Of a DNA stretch of 64,000 bases, positions 1 through 13,057 are shown in pieces. The notes below the pieces were generated by a model, which had not been told where the DNA came from, searched no databases, and saw nothing but the letters and a program-made list of their open reading frames with translations. Position 1 is the first letter of the stretch. Each line of letters starts with the position of its first letter. This stretch comes from Eledone cirrhosa (Eukaryota): positions 250,480,001 to 250,544,000 of the forward strand of contig OZ024742.1 in the NCBI GenBank assembly GCA_964016885.1. Reading direction: 5' to 3'. The translations under genes and the position numbers were made by a program.

Positions 1-1498
1 GTGACCACGCCCTTGGTCACAGAACAGGGAATTCTCCCGTTCTGTTGCCAGTTGCAATAGACAGCCTCGAGGAGTTCGGAGAACAAGACCGGCATAGCTA
101 AATAAAGTTCGTATGGTAGACCATCGAGACCCGGAGATTTGCGTCTGCTGCATTGGCTGAGCGCTTCCCCGATTTCAGTGGCTGTGATTGGCCTTTCGCA
201 GCACTCCGCTTCGCCTCTCGAAAGACGTGGTAGACCGTCGAGGTATGGACCAAAGTCCACATCCCCGTCCGGCCCCCCGCCCCCTCCGAACAGTCGAACA
301 AAGTGCCTTTGAAAGGCCTCGCACATCCGCTCAGGTTCAAGGATCACCCGTCCATCCTGGTCTCGCAAAGACCGAATGGTGGATTTAATCCCACTCTTGG
401 CTTCTGTCACGCGGGCCCAGCTAACAGCTTTGGTCCCCTCGTTTCCTAAAGCACGTATTTTACTTCGGACAACGCAGCCTTCGTGCTTCGCGTCAAAGAA
501 CTGGCTCAACGCCGTTCTCGCCGCTAACACTCTGGCCACGTCTCCGCTCCTAATCGCCTCTTCTAGTTTATCTGTTAACTCCCTTTCCTTCCTATTTCTA
601 TTTGCCGCTAGTTCCTTACTGTAACCTATCGAACTTACTCTAATCTCTCTCTTTAGAGATACCCACCACCTGCTGTTGACGATCGCTCCCGTCAACCGCA
701 TCTTAACTAAGCTACTAATCCGGTTCCTGTAATCTTTCTTTGCCGGCAAGGACAAGTTCATCTTCCAGTAACCGGGACCCTGTCTATGCGTTCTATCAAG
801 GTTGACCACGCAGGTCACTAATTTGTGATCTGAATAGCCAACCATGATCAGTTCTGGACAACTAAATACGTCCCTATCCTTACTCCTAACCAAAAACCTA
901 TCTAGGTACGATCTAGATTGTCCACTGCGGTTTGCCCAGGTCCAGGTTGGCGCAGTTGGACAATCTAGTCGAAATCTATCGACCAGGTCGAATCGATCGA
1001 GTAACCCCTTGAGGCTGCTACACCCCCCTCTATCAGGACATGCCCCTGCATAGTCCCAACGCGCATCTAGGATTCCATTCCAGTCCCCCACTAAAAGCAG
1101 GGAACGCGACGTTCCTAGAAAAGTCTCCAGACGCTGGAAGTAGTCGGCTCTTTCCGCCCCGAAGGGGGCATAAAGACCGACCAGTCTGAAAGCCCCGCCT
1201 TCACCGCCCCCGACGTCCAGAACTAGTAATCGACCCCCCGGGTCCGAGTGAACAATCTGTACGTCGAGAGTCAGACGTTTATCCAGCAGTACGGCAACTC
1301 CCCCCCCCCGCCTCCGGGTTGACAGAGAGATGCGTGCATCTCAAAGTCATCGAAGGCGGGCGCCAGCTGTCTCACGCTGCTGATCCGACTCTCGCAAACA
1401 ACCATCACATCTATACTTTGTGACCTGAGGTCACTTAGAAGCTTTGCTTGCTTCCAAGCTGAGCCCAGGCCACGCGCGTTCAAACAGCCAACTCTCAA
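1..1498 (-). pseudogene. Tx1-like ORF2 N-terminal part (APE endonuclease, linker, RT start), frameshifted
   Basis: MRVGCLNARGLGSAWKQA..; the reverse strand matches the GDWNGILD, SYLDRFLV and KSPGLDGLPYELY coding segments of the copy at 14224-15330. Confidence 0.88.
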
Positions 1499-1503
1499 TT
1501 GAT

Positions 1504-3343
1504 CTATTTTGGTGTTGAAAGTGAAGAAAGAAAAGCACCTACCTCTCCGGGTTGTGTAATTTCCATGGCATCAGGTGTGTTGGGTGGAGGGATGTTTTGT
1601 GGTGGTGTGGTGGTACCCGTGTGTGGTGGGGTTGGGGTATTTGGAGTTGTGTCAGGGAGAGGGGCGGTTATGGGGAAATCTTTCAAGAGGACGCGATTTA
1701 ACGGTTTTAAACAGGGGGGGGGGGCTCAAGTCCTGTCTAAATTGTTCTTTTAAGGAACGATAAAGGTCCAGAGGGACCTTTATCATTTTTAAATGGGTGA
1801 AGTTCTCTGTTGAGATAAAGTTTGGCCCTTCGGTCTGCACCATAGGGTTATTGTTTATTAATTTAACCAGTTTTTTGTTTACTTTATTTATATATGTGTA
1901 TTGCAACGTCTTTTTTTGTGATGCTGTCAATGTTGCGGAGAGGGGAGGCGCAGATTTATTTTTGTTTGTTGAGGGTGGGGTGTTTTTGATTGGAGTTGGT
2001 GTTTGTGTGTGGGTTATTTGTGGTGTGCTGGGTGTGTGTTTTCTTTTTTTTCTTTTAACTTGTCTGAAGGCTTCTCCTCCTTCTTCTTCAGAAGTTGGGG
2101 GAAACTCTTCAGCGCTAGGTGGGAGGGACGTGTTGTGTGGTTGTTTTTTTTTTGCGGGAGGGGTAGATTTGTTACTGTTTTCTTTATTATTTGTTTGGAA
2201 TGGGTTTTGTGGTGGTGGTGGTGGTAATGTTTGTGTCGTGCTTGTGGTTGGTGATGGTGGTGGTGATGTTTGTGTTGTGGTTGGTGATGGTGGTGGTGAT
2301 TTTTGTGTCGTGCTTGTGTCTGGTGCTGGTGGTGGTGATGTTTGTGTTGTGTTTGTGGTTGGTGGTGTCTGTATTTTGTTTGCTGTGTGTGGTATTAGTG
2401 TATTTTTGGAGGTGGGTGGTGTTGGTGTACTGTTTGTGGTGGGTGTGGGCAATAGTCCTTTTTGGGGGATACGTTTCGGGCAGTTAGCCTTAACGTGTCC
2501 CCTTTCCGTGCATAAATAGCATGCTGGTCTTCTCCCCTCTACAATTATATCTATTGGGGTGAGGTCATCCAGCCAGATGCGATCCGGGATTTGTGCTATT
2601 CTTTCGGGCCTCATTTGGACTAGTATGTCGAGGCCCATTCCCAGGAACGCATCTCCAGTTGCCTTCCCCATTGACAGCATTGTGTCTTCGCCCATGTCTT
2701 AGCCCACCAGAAGTCCATTGTGGGCAGCATTGTTTTTACTTTTACTCTCTGTGTTCTTCTACCCATGTAGGAGGGATAGAAGCTGTATGTTGTCGATGAG
2801 AGTTGGCTTAGGGAAAGCTTCTGTGCCGTTTCCTTGTCTTTTGTTAAGACCGAAATGCTGCCATAGAGTCGGTCCTTTCGTATGAAGAGAATATTCTTCA
2901 TATAGTCTTTTAGGACCAACTCTATTTCCATTTAGCTGGGTTGTGCTGGCTTCCTTGTTTGGTTCAATATAGTTCTGAAGAGAACTGTGCTCTCTGTTCT
3001 CGCTTTCTTGAATTCTGGGGGGGGGGGGGGAGTTAATGGAAAACATTCCATTCTCCCCCAAGACTATTTGTTTTTTCGCTTCGGCCAGTTTTTCTCTGGC
3101 GGCAGTTAAGTCAATTGGTGTGTATGTTATGGACTGTTTTGTTTTCTGGGCGAAAGTTGCCCTGTTGTTATTTGTATTATTTTCTGTTTGTTTGTTTTCC
3201 GTTTGCTCATTTTCCTTAACATTTGTTTTTTCATTTTCCTTGTTTGTTTCGTTGTCTAATTTTGTTGTAATTATTTTTTGTTCTTCAGACTTGGGGGGCG
3301 TGGCAGAGCTAATGGCAGACATGTCTGCCATCTTTTCCGCCAT
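1504..3343 (-). pseudogene. Tx1-like ORF1 (gag-like, zinc knuckle, Pro/Thr-rich C-terminus), frameshifted
   Basis: ORF pieces 2759-3370, 2620-2931, 1652-2695 and 1504-1686; homologous to 13058-14223 (YPSYMGRRTQ / YPTYMGRRTQ, EGRRP.CYLC..RGH...C). Confidence 0.85.
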
Positions 3344-3544
3344 GCTGCCAAGAAAGAAATTTTTCGGCAAAAAATAGATATTTATTTTACCCCCTAAAAA
3401 GGGGGTAAATGCAAAAATGTTTCCCTAAATAACAGGGTTAGTGTTCCAAATGTGTTGCACTGAAAAATTTATCTGGTACTTACTATAGTAAGGGTAAATC
3501 CCGATGGAATAGCGGAGCCGATGTGAAGCGTGTCTTACTCTATC

Positions 3545-3545
<1 letters not shown>

Positions 3546-3579
<34 letters not shown>

Positions 3580-3606
3580 GTAGATAGATAGATAGATAGA
3601 TAGATA
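3546..3606. repeat. (GATA)n microsatellite flanking the Tx1 5' end
   Basis: Direct reading. Confidence 0.95.
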
Positions 3607-3829
3607 TTTAAATGTAAGTATGTATGTATACGTACATACATATATGTATACAGACGTACAGTAGTATGTATATATATACATACATGCACACATATATATA
3701 TATATATACGTATGGGTTTACCGAACATTTATTATAATGTTCGGTTTGTTTGTAAACAAACAGCCCGAATTATTAGCCGTACAGTGTTCGGCAACCATCG
3801 TTGCCATTTTGTTCAACACTGACAAAGGA

Positions 3830-3872
3830 ACGCTGTACTAGTTTCAAGCTTATTAGCTATCGTCAGCATCGT
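3830..3872 (-). ncRNA. Minimal type I hammerhead ribozyme
   Basis: Reverse complement reads acgatg-CTGACGA-t agct aata agct t-GAAA-ctag-TA-cagcgt; one mismatch in stem I. Confidence 0.7.
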
Positions 3873-4246
3873 ATACCTTCCTGCCAGATGATTGAACGTC
3901 TGAAAGTATATACTTTCCTTATGCATATTAACGGACCAGCAGCCTAATTTGCATATCGAGTTAGTCGGCCGGGCGCACCGAAAACGTTAAATGGAAAAGA
4001 ATGAAACGAAATTTCATTTCTCACTCTTAGTAGGGCTGATACTTAAATATAAGTATGGAAGGTAAACGATGCTGACGATAGCTAATAAGAGTGAGAAATG
4101 AAATTTCGTTTCATCCTTTTCCATTTATCGTTTTCGGTGCGCCCAGCCGATTAACTCACTCGATATGCAAATTAGGCTGCTCAGCCGTTAATATGCATAA
4201 GGAAAGCATATACTTTCAAACGTTCAATCATCTGGCAAGAAGGTAT

Positions 4247-4289
4247 ACGATACTGACGATAGCTAATAAGCTTGAAACTAGTACATCGT
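4247..4289 (+). ncRNA. Minimal type I hammerhead ribozyme
   Basis: acgata-CTGACGA-t agct aata agct t-GAAA-ctag-TA-catcgt; the core-proximal pair of stem I is mismatched in this copy. Confidence 0.7.
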
Positions 4290-5534
4290 TCCTGTGTCAG
4301 TGTTGAACAAAAAGGCGATGATGGTTGCCTCAACACTGTACGGCTTAATTAGGGCTGTTTGTTTACAAACAAACCGAACATTATAATAAATGTTCGGTAA
4401 ACCCATACGTACATATATATATGTGTGCATGTATGTATATATATACATACTACTATACGTCTGCATACATATATGTATGTACGTATACATACATACTTAC
4501 ATTTAAGTATCAGCCGTACTAAGAGTGAGAAATGAAATTTCGTTTCATTCTTTTCCATATATATTTACATGCCACTTAAAACACCCTCAAAGTATACACT
4601 TCTTGTCTTAAAGAAAGATAGACATATAATATTATCATACCTATAACAGATGAGAAGGAATTCTTTTAATCAAAGCTATGCTGGAGTAAGGCTGACATCC
4701 GTCTAAACAATGTCAACAAATATTGTAGCAACTCGACAACGACTACTACTTCAAGGACTGCTAGAATTACATCTAAAAAAATTAAAATTGGATGACATAA
4801 CATAAACTTATCCAAACATGAGAACTAGATTATTCTGGGTAGGGTGCCATGTAAGAAAACTGTGTTACCCGGAACTAAGTCATGTGTATTTCATAAAATA
4901 TTACACGTCCCAGAATTATGGGATCATATTTAGACCATCCTTAATTTCAAGAACTGTTGAAAGGAGTAAATAGCTGTTTTGTTTACTTCTGAAAACCCAT
5001 GTTATGAGGCAAAGAAATCTATTATTGTATATTTAGTATCGAGGGTGGTGCTCAGTGAGTATATTTTTTACTTGTTTAATTGTTTCACACCAGAGTACAA
5101 CTGGCTAGAAATCTGTAAAATAAATGTCTGATATAGTGTTGTTCGTCACCAATAAATTCACGTGAGGCAAATGTTACATGAGAATTTTTAATTGTTCATG
5201 GTATTTAGTAGGTTGGGTAGTGTGGCTGTAATGTTTAATATAGTCCTGTGGGCATCTAGATATCTGGTTTGCTTATGAAAAACCACTTGAATAAGTCAAT
5301 AATCATTTAACTAGGTAGACAGATGTGTATGAGAGTCGACATATGGAGAAATGGACAGATAGACGGATGGATAGATGGGTTTATAGCTAGATGAATAAAC
5401 GTTTGATAGACGAATGGGTAGACGAATGGTTAAGTGGTAACTAAGCAAGTTAGGTTGACAGAAAGGCAGATTGGAAAGAAACGTTTTTTGTAAATACATT
5501 TAATTAAAAAAATGAAAAATTGTTTCAGTTCCAC

Positions 5535-6428
5535 TACGAGGTGTGTCAAAAAATAAATAGGATTGGGATCGCAAAAAAAAAAAAAAAGAATTTAATCTAA
5601 ACTACAAACTACTAGTTTCTCCCTTAGAAATAATTCCCCTCGAGTCTAATGCCCTTTCCCATCCTCCTCGCCGCGCCTTCATGCACTCCTGGAAGGATTT
5701 TTCTGGGATTCTCCGCAGCTCTGTCATAACGACCCTCTTGATGGTTTCCACGTTCGGAAAACGGGTCTGCTTGATTACCATCTTCAGCTTGTGGAAATCG
5801 AAAAGGTCTGATTCGGTTTCAAGTGGCTCGAAGATGTCCTGACACACCTCCATGCGTCACTCTTCCAGCAGCTTTGGCACGATCTTCGCACAGATCTTCT
5901 GCATGCCTAAATCGTCGGTTATAATTTTCCAATCCCTGTTGCGGTCCATGCCCAGCTCGCTTGCATGAGCAGTCCAACAGGCAGCCGACAATCGCCACTC
6001 ACCTCTTGCCTCACGCGCTCAACGTTCGTCTCAGTTCTGCTCGTTGAAGGCCGTACCCTCCTAATGTCGCCTTTCCCGTCATCGCGTCGCACTTTGAACC
6101 TTTTATGCCACTCGCAATACCATTAGCTCGACATCGTCTCGTCTCCGTACACTTGCTGCAGTATTCCGAGTGTTTCAGTCGAAGTTTCCTCCAGCCGGAC
6201 CAGAAACCTCAGGATGGTTCGTTGCGCTCTGCCCATCGCTTGACAACCCGAAATTAAGTCGCTGTTAACAAAAGCATGTGAAAAAACATAGAATGACTGT
6301 AGAGAGCTGAGATCGCAGTTATATAGTCCCGGATAATACTTCACACGGTGACGCAAACCGCTAATCCCTACACTACTCATAGCTCACACAGCACACAAAG
6401 TCCTGTTTCTTTTCTGACACACTTCGTC
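5535..6428 (-). mobile_element. Mariner-family DNA transposon, internally deleted relic
   Basis: Imperfect TIRs TACGAGGTGTGTCAAAAAATAAATAGGA / TCCTGTTTCTTTTCTGACACACTTCG. Minus-strand transposase pieces (QRTILRFLVRL..TETLGILQQVYGDETMS; GRPSTSRT; KICAKIVPKLL; FHKLKMVIKQTRFPNVETIK). The catalytic centre is deleted. Confidence 0.88.
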
Positions 6429-6861
6429 TAAGTAGTACACAAGATGACAAAAGAGAGAGCATTACAATTCTATTGTCTTTGTTGTTTCTATTGTTTATCT
6501 CTAAGTAAGCCATGATCCAGAAAACCTATAATTAAAAACATTCTGCCTATGACTATCTTGTCTGTTAATGTTTTCTCATATATATTGTTATCTTGTCTAC
6601 ACTTCACCATCATTTCTTGTCTTTTAAGCAATATCTGAAAAGGAACATGCGCGTCTATATTTCTTAGACAAGTGAAGTATATGTGTTTTTAACATGTTAA
6701 AGTAGGATGTTGTGGTCGTAACAATAGACACTGGTATTTTGATATTTTTTGATAATTTCCTTTTCATCCCTGATGTACGGGGATTGTGAGTTGGAAAGTG
6801 ATTATATTTTTAACCTGAAGCAGTTAGTGTGAGAGGAGCTACATATATATATATATATATG

Positions 6862-7066
6862 TTTATCCCGAGTACAATCGGGGGTAACCACAGTAAGAAA
6901 AGTACTCAATACATAGCAGAGTATAAATATTTAATATAGAAATGGCTTCTACAGGACTACAACTGTTTCATTCCGGAGAAATCATCAGGAAGCCCTGATA
7001 GGCTTCCTGGTGATTTCTCCCGAATGAAACAGTTCTAATACTATAGAAGCCATTTCTATATTAAAT
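6862..7066. mobile_element. Short hammerhead-bearing foldback element in (TA)n
   Basis: Arms 6926-6994 and 7001-7066 are inverted; unpaired tail 6862-6925; a relative lies at 21855-22024. Confidence 0.8.
6944..6994 (-). ncRNA. Type I hammerhead ribozyme
   Basis: Reverse complement reads ggcttc-CTGATGA-tttctccggaat-GAAA-cag ttgtagtc ctg-TA-gaagcc. The plus-strand mirror at 7001-7051 is mutated (CTGGTGA). Confidence 0.75.
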
Positions 7067-7074
7067 ATATATAT

Positions 7075-7716
7075 ATATGATTTTAATGCGATGAAATATC
7101 AATGATGGTTGGCAAATCACTGACGAGGGACTAATTTTATCATATGTAACCCATGTGCAACCACGCAGTATTCTTCTTTCTTCTCATGTTTTTTATACAT
7201 ATTTACCTCGGCTGCGTTTGTCTGTTTCTCTTTTACTGCTTCCCCGTTCTCTCTGTTTCTCTCACCTTCTTTCGCCCCCTCTGTCAGTTACACTTTCTCT
7301 CGACTGACCACTTCCTCGCACTTCCACTCACTCACTCTCTGTTTCTCCCCTTCTCACTTCCTCCCGTTTGGCTAGTAGTGGGGTCTTTTCTTGCTCACAT
7401 CTCACTCACGTCGGACGGTCTGTATCTAGATCGCTCATGAAATCCACCCAGCTTATGCTGCCCGGATAACCATGTTGCTTGTTTATTTTCCTATCTTCGG
7501 TTTGCTTTTATCCTTCTATGTTGTTTACTTGTCTCACTCGCTTTACGCGATTTACTTGTTCCAATAGCTTTTTTTAGTTATTGCTCGCAACAACCTGAGG
7601 TATATGATTTTTAATGCGATGAAATATTAATGATGGTTGGCAAATCACTGACGAGGGACTAATTTTATCATATGTAACCCATGTGCAACCACGCAGTATT
7701 CTTCTTTCTTCTCATG

Positions 7717-7722
<6 letters not shown>
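7075..7722 (+). mobile_element. Non-coding element with ~120-bp terminal direct repeats (partial tandem), in (TA)n
   Basis: 7075-7197 is almost identical to 7601-7722; each repeat contains CTGACGA-ggg...ccc but no GAAA. Confidence 0.7.
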
Positions 7723-7779
<57 letters not shown>

Positions 7780-7979
7780 GAATGTTTTTGCTTTCATGAA
7801 AAGCTTGAAAAGCTGCTACAATTCATATGAACTTAAAATAATCTAATAGGTGGGTGGCTTAAAATTGAAGGGGGAGATGTCGGTAGAGACGCTTATCCGA
7901 TAAATACGACAATTGTATAGTCATTAATGAAAGCAAATACATTTTATAAACCTGCCAAATTTCTGCGTAAACCTATCGA

Positions 7980-7998
7980 TATATATATATGTGTGTGT

Positions 7999-8071
<73 letters not shown>

Positions 8072-8084
8072 TCTCTCTCTTTCC

Positions 8085-8124
<40 letters not shown>

Positions 8125-8603
8125 GTACATAATGCAGTGTCAGAAAACACAAACAAGAAGTAAACAGCAAGAAATTCAACATTATCAATGACAATAACAA
8201 GAAACTCTACAGTGAAAATATATAGCAAGCGAGTGACCAGTTTTAAAGATACGTCGTTTAAAATGTCTAATATTACCCAACTCAATAAAACCGTGACTAA
8301 CAAAATGCTGCTGACTTAATTCAAACAAAATCTATGGAAATGAAGAAGGCAATTTATTCGAGAACACTAAGAATTGAGTTAAAGGTCATATTAATGTAAA
8401 TAGATATCGGTTACTCAAGATCGTAATGGATACAGAGCGTGTTCAAATGGAGATAGAATAATTTCAAGTGTAAGACAACAAAATGTTATCTAAAACGGTC
8501 TCAGTTAGGCCAAAGGGTTAAATGCCAGATTGATTTAAATTACGTCAAAAATAAAAATACATTAAAGAAAATAGTTATCGCTTTGTATGTTTATACACAC
8601 ACA

Positions 8604-8675
<72 letters not shown>

Positions 8676-8995
8676 ATCTCTCTCTCTATCTATCTATCTA
8701 TTTCTATCTCCCCCCCCTCTCTCTCTCTCACACACACACATACATACGTATATATACATGCCAATATCTACACATTTCCCTCCCTTGCTCCCGCTCTCTC
8801 TCTCTCGCGCTCGCTCTCTCTCTTTCTTTCTCTCTCTCTCTCACTCTCTCTTTCTCTGTTTCTATACACACACGCACACACACATATATATATGTGTGTG
8901 TGTATGTATGTATATAAGAATATGCATGTATATATATATGTATATGCTTGAATGTATGAGTATATATGTGTGTATATATATATACATACAGATGC

Positions 8996-9081
<86 letters not shown>
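7980..9081. repeat. Compound (TC)n/(TA)n/(TG)n microsatellite clusters (7980-8122, 8593-9081)
   Basis: Direct reading; these tracts explain the RERE/SLSL/HTHT ORFs. Confidence 0.95.
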
Positions 9082-9083
<2 letters not shown>

Positions 9084-9173
9084 CCAACATGTCGCAGATA
9101 TCTTCTCTCTTACTGAATGTTATCAACAAGAAACGGAACATCCCAGGTTAGATTGGCCGACATACATACAAAT

Positions 9174-9778
9174 ATGGTGGCTGCCAACTCGTTTACGAGT
9201 GCGGCCACTACTTTATATCCATGTAGGAAAACCCCTACTTTTGTGCTGAACGAGTGTGGCTTTTTAGTCCAGCCAGCGACTTGAAAACTCTGGTACAAAC
9301 ACTACACTTGTGACAATTATTGACACATAGTGCTGGGCCCATGGTACCATGTGACGACAAGTGCAGAGAGATCTCCAGATATAAAGCAATGCCTGTGCCG
9401 TGAAGCTTTTATAGTGAGCAAAGGCACTGCACAAAGCCAGTCCCACTCTCTTAACCAATATGATATTTACCAAAAAGAAGAACAAGTCAACATCATTGGA
9501 TACCATCAGAGTTGCAGGTGTTATATCAGAATTTTCCTTCTCCTAGAATTCTGCCTTGACAAAGGCTAAGGGGTCATCTCTTCAGGTGATTTTGGATGGC
9601 CATTGACTCTTAAGAGCTCCTTTGCCCTTTGACAGGTTTTGTTTTTAGTCCTGCAGGATGTCCAAAGTCACCCTCCTCACCAAGAAACCTTGGTAGGGTT
9701 GCCAGTTTAGTCGCTAACGACCCGAGCATGAGACAGGTTGTACTGGGATACATGTTACCAGTAGCACCAACTGGTGAC
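9174..9778 (-). mobile_element. Non-autonomous RTE-derived bipartite element (~600 bp) in (TACA)n
   Basis: Near-identical to 40940-41550 and 37363-37813. The minus strand encodes the relic C2H2 CHKCSVCTRVFKSLAGLKSH typical of RTE ORF C-termini. The 3' end runs into (TATG)n. Confidence 0.75.
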
Positions 9779-9874
9779 TATACATACATACATACATACA
9801 TACATTTCTTTTACAACCTTGCCACCAGGAAGATGGCCGGTCAAAAGATATACTCGAAATTAAGATAAAGAGAT

Positions 9875-10015
9875 AACATATATACATACCTACTTACATA
9901 TATACATACATACATTCATACACTTATACATACATATATACATACATATATACATACATATATACATTCATACATACTACATATATACATACATACATAT
10001 ATACATACATATGTA

Positions 10016-10103
<88 letters not shown>

Positions 10104-10173
10104 ATAAGTAAAATCATGAAAAAAAACTAGTACAAGAGAACACAATACAATTATGGTATAGTAATATAACGCG

Positions 10174-10218
<45 letters not shown>

Positions 10219-10240
10219 ACACATACACACACACACACAT

Positions 10241-10323
<83 letters not shown>

Positions 10324-10355
10324 CATACGTACATATATATATACATATATATATG
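9875..10355. repeat. (TACA)n/(TA)n/(CA)n microsatellite cluster
   Basis: Direct reading. Confidence 0.95.
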
Positions 10356-12080
10356 TGAGTTATTGCTGATATTGTAGTATTGTAGGGGTTGTATGGCTAA
10401 GGGTGGTGCAAAAAAAAGGGACATGTTCCAATATCTGTAACCCCTCTTTGTTGCTACAACCTCCCACCCCACCTCCACCTCTATATCAAGATATAGAAGT
10501 GGTGATAACATTACACCAACTAGGAATGTGAAACGCCTATCGGGGGACACGGCAGACAGGCAAGCAAGCTAGAAAAGGGGTTATAATCCACCTACTTCAC
10601 CCCCGAACCATCTATCTTCCGTAACACAGAAAATTGTATGTAAAGCTGATAATTGCCTCTATGTATCTGTGTCATGATAATCTCTTATGTAGCTGTAAAT
10701 TATAAGTATATGTGAGGCTATGTTTGTGTATATGTATGTGTATATGCATGTGTGTGCATATATGTGTTGATGTATGTGCATATGTGTGTGTATGTATGGT
10801 GTTAATGTGTGCATATGTTTATGTGTGCATATCTTTTTGTTTGTGTGAGTATAAGGTTTTATTTGTGCTTGTGTGTACATGTCTTTTGGTGTGTGTATGT
10901 ATATATAAATATGGTTATATAATTATATAAATATATATCTGTATATACATTTGCATGTATGTATGTGTATATGTGCGTGCGTGGTGAACAAGGCGGAGAA
11001 AGGGAAGTACGTAATACTGAAATTAGAGTGAAGTATCAGATTCTCTTTGAACCTAAAAAATAAATTTCATTTTCCTGATCTTCATCGAAGATCTGAACCA
11101 ACTCGAACTTTAAAAGTTAAATAAAGTACGTTCAAGTTACAGAGGTCCATTAGGTTGAAACTTTCAATCCAATCCAATACAGGGCCTTCTCCTGTAAGAG
11201 GAACCATTCCTTGTTTGACCTTCACCGCTTCCTGTTTGGTTTAGGTCATGTCTAGGGTGTCAACTTACACACCACGCTTGGCCAATTGCGAATTGGTGAG
11301 GCTATTTAACCCATATTTGGGGTGAATTACCGTTGACTTTTAGGAGTTCATCCATATTTTTAACAACTCTTGTTTTGTGGGGGTTTTTTTGTGCTGTTGC
11401 AGTTCCACTTACCCACTTCACCAGGGCAGTGTTTGGCCAAGTCACCGTTTGGCCCGTTTAGTCACCGATCTCTAGACGATGAAGCAGGTTTTACTGGGTT
11501 ACATGGTTATATTTGCGTTACTGCGTTACATAGCTGAGAACACAAGGCTTCTCTCTGGACGTGACACCAGTCCATTACAGGTATAAATTCTGCCTGAAGT
11601 TCGAAGGCACATCAGTCTAGAGCTCATCACAATCCCATTGATACTAGCTGACTGACAGTGCAAGACTCATCTCTGAAAAATGACGCCAATTCATCGCAAA
11701 GTTAACCTCAAGCTGCAGTTGTTGCTGCTGGTACATATTTTCATCTAAGTTAACAGCAGCTACGAGAAAGGTAAGTGTTTTGCACAAAAACCAACGTGCC
11801 ACAAAATTCAGGAATCATAACCTCGGTGTTAAGATTGTAAGCCCCAAAGCGCTAAGCCGGGTATCTTGACCAAAAACCGAACATTAGGAAGACAGCAATC
11901 AAATCCAAGTATCGAATGATTCAACATCCAAGTAAAATATCCTCTGGTCCAATGATGTGTATATAAAAGTACGTACGTAGTGTAAGTAATACAGAGGTTT
12001 ATTATGGGTATAATATTATGTGTAATATGGGTATATATATCTTTCCATCTATCCATCTAATTATCTATCTATCTATCTAT

Positions 12081-13012
12081 TCGAGTGCCTACAGGCGCTC
12101 ACGGCCCTCTACCAAGCGGAAACGGCAATCAGCGGAGACTCCACTTCAACATTCTATAGGTGATTAGTGGAGGATAAGTGCGACGACATTCTCGGGGTAA
12201 CTCTAGGGATCGAGGACTGTTCTTGAGGACTGTCCGTCTGGGGTCTATGGATAACTTCCAGAGGTCTCTGGCCTGGCAATGCTACCGAGGAGCTCTACCA
12301 GTTCGAGACAAAATCTACAGGCACGGACGCCCTGGCAGAGATCCTGCCAAAAGGACCTGTCCAAGATGCGAGCAGGACATCGAAACCGTTCTGCACGCAA
12401 TTATTCAGTGCCCAGGGGTGACCGACCTGTGGAATTATGTCGAACAGCTACTGTCACGTGTGGGACTCATCCAGTTGTCAGTCGAGACCATCGTGAGGAT
12501 CACCCCGCCGCCTTAATTTAAGAACGAAGGAGAGGCGGTTGTCCTCTGTCTGGTGGCTATGGCGAAAAGGGTAATATGGTGGACGAGGTTAAAAGGACTG
12601 AGGGCAAACACCTTTCTCTCCGGACAACAACTCATCCACTTCTTTAAGTATCACTTCAGAAGGAAGGTGAGAGTAGAGAGAGAGGTGCTACATCCCAGTA
12701 AATTCGCTAAAAGGTGGGTGAATGTGGCGAAAATTGCCCGAGTGAATGGGCTTTCTCTGTATATAAACCTGTAGGTTGAGGAAGATAAACAGAGGGAAGA
12801 CAGGAACATCAACAAAACGTGTACCTGGTGTAGAGGGTTGTTCTGTAAAACAACCCTGAAGTAACGTTCCCCCCTATTGGGGATTTCAATTGTTATTTTA
12901 TTATATATAGTTTATTGTTATTTATTAATGTTAAAGTTATTTTTATGTAAAACCCCGCCGACACCTCTTGTAATGTCCAATTTTTGTACGCCCCTGTGGC
13001 AAATAAGAAAGA
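12081..13012 (+). mobile_element. 5'-truncated Tx1-clade copy (zinc-finger domain and 3'UTR) flanked by (TATC)n on both sides
   Basis: ORF 12178-12516 (AWQCYRGALPVRDK..CPRC..ETVLHAIIQC) is homologous to 16412-17203. 3' end CCCCTGTGGCAAATAAGAAAG followed by ATATCTATC. Confidence 0.92.
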
Positions 13013-13057
13013 TATCTATCTATCTCTCTATCTATCTACGGGAGTCTATCCATTCTC

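Larger units (their letters stand above)
1..3545 (-). mobile_element. Tx1-clade non-LTR retrotransposon, 5' half (5'UTR, ORF1, APE endonuclease, start of RT); runs off the window start
   Basis: ORF1 has a CCHC knuckle (CYLCTERGHVKANC). ORF2 begins MRVGCLNARGL and shows APE motifs; the RT region is clearly homologous to 14224-16220. The 5' end abuts (GATA)n at ~3546. Frameshifts occur at homopolymer runs. Confidence 0.93.
3606..4557. mobile_element. Non-coding Penelope/retrozyme-like foldback element (two ~440-bp units in inverted orientation), hammerhead-bearing
   Basis: 3606-4057 is the reverse complement of 4087-4507 with scattered mismatches. The same unit occurs at 30350-30849. Confidence 0.85.

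Noticed and set aside
1797-2519. 240-aa Val/Gly-rich plus-strand ORF (and 13514-13948 minus)
   Set aside because: Antisense shadow of the Pro/Thr-rich Tx1 ORF1.
3385-3410. Hairpin TTTACCCCCT-AAA-AGGGGGTAAA in the Tx1 5'UTR
   Set aside because: Single instance with no comparative support for a function.
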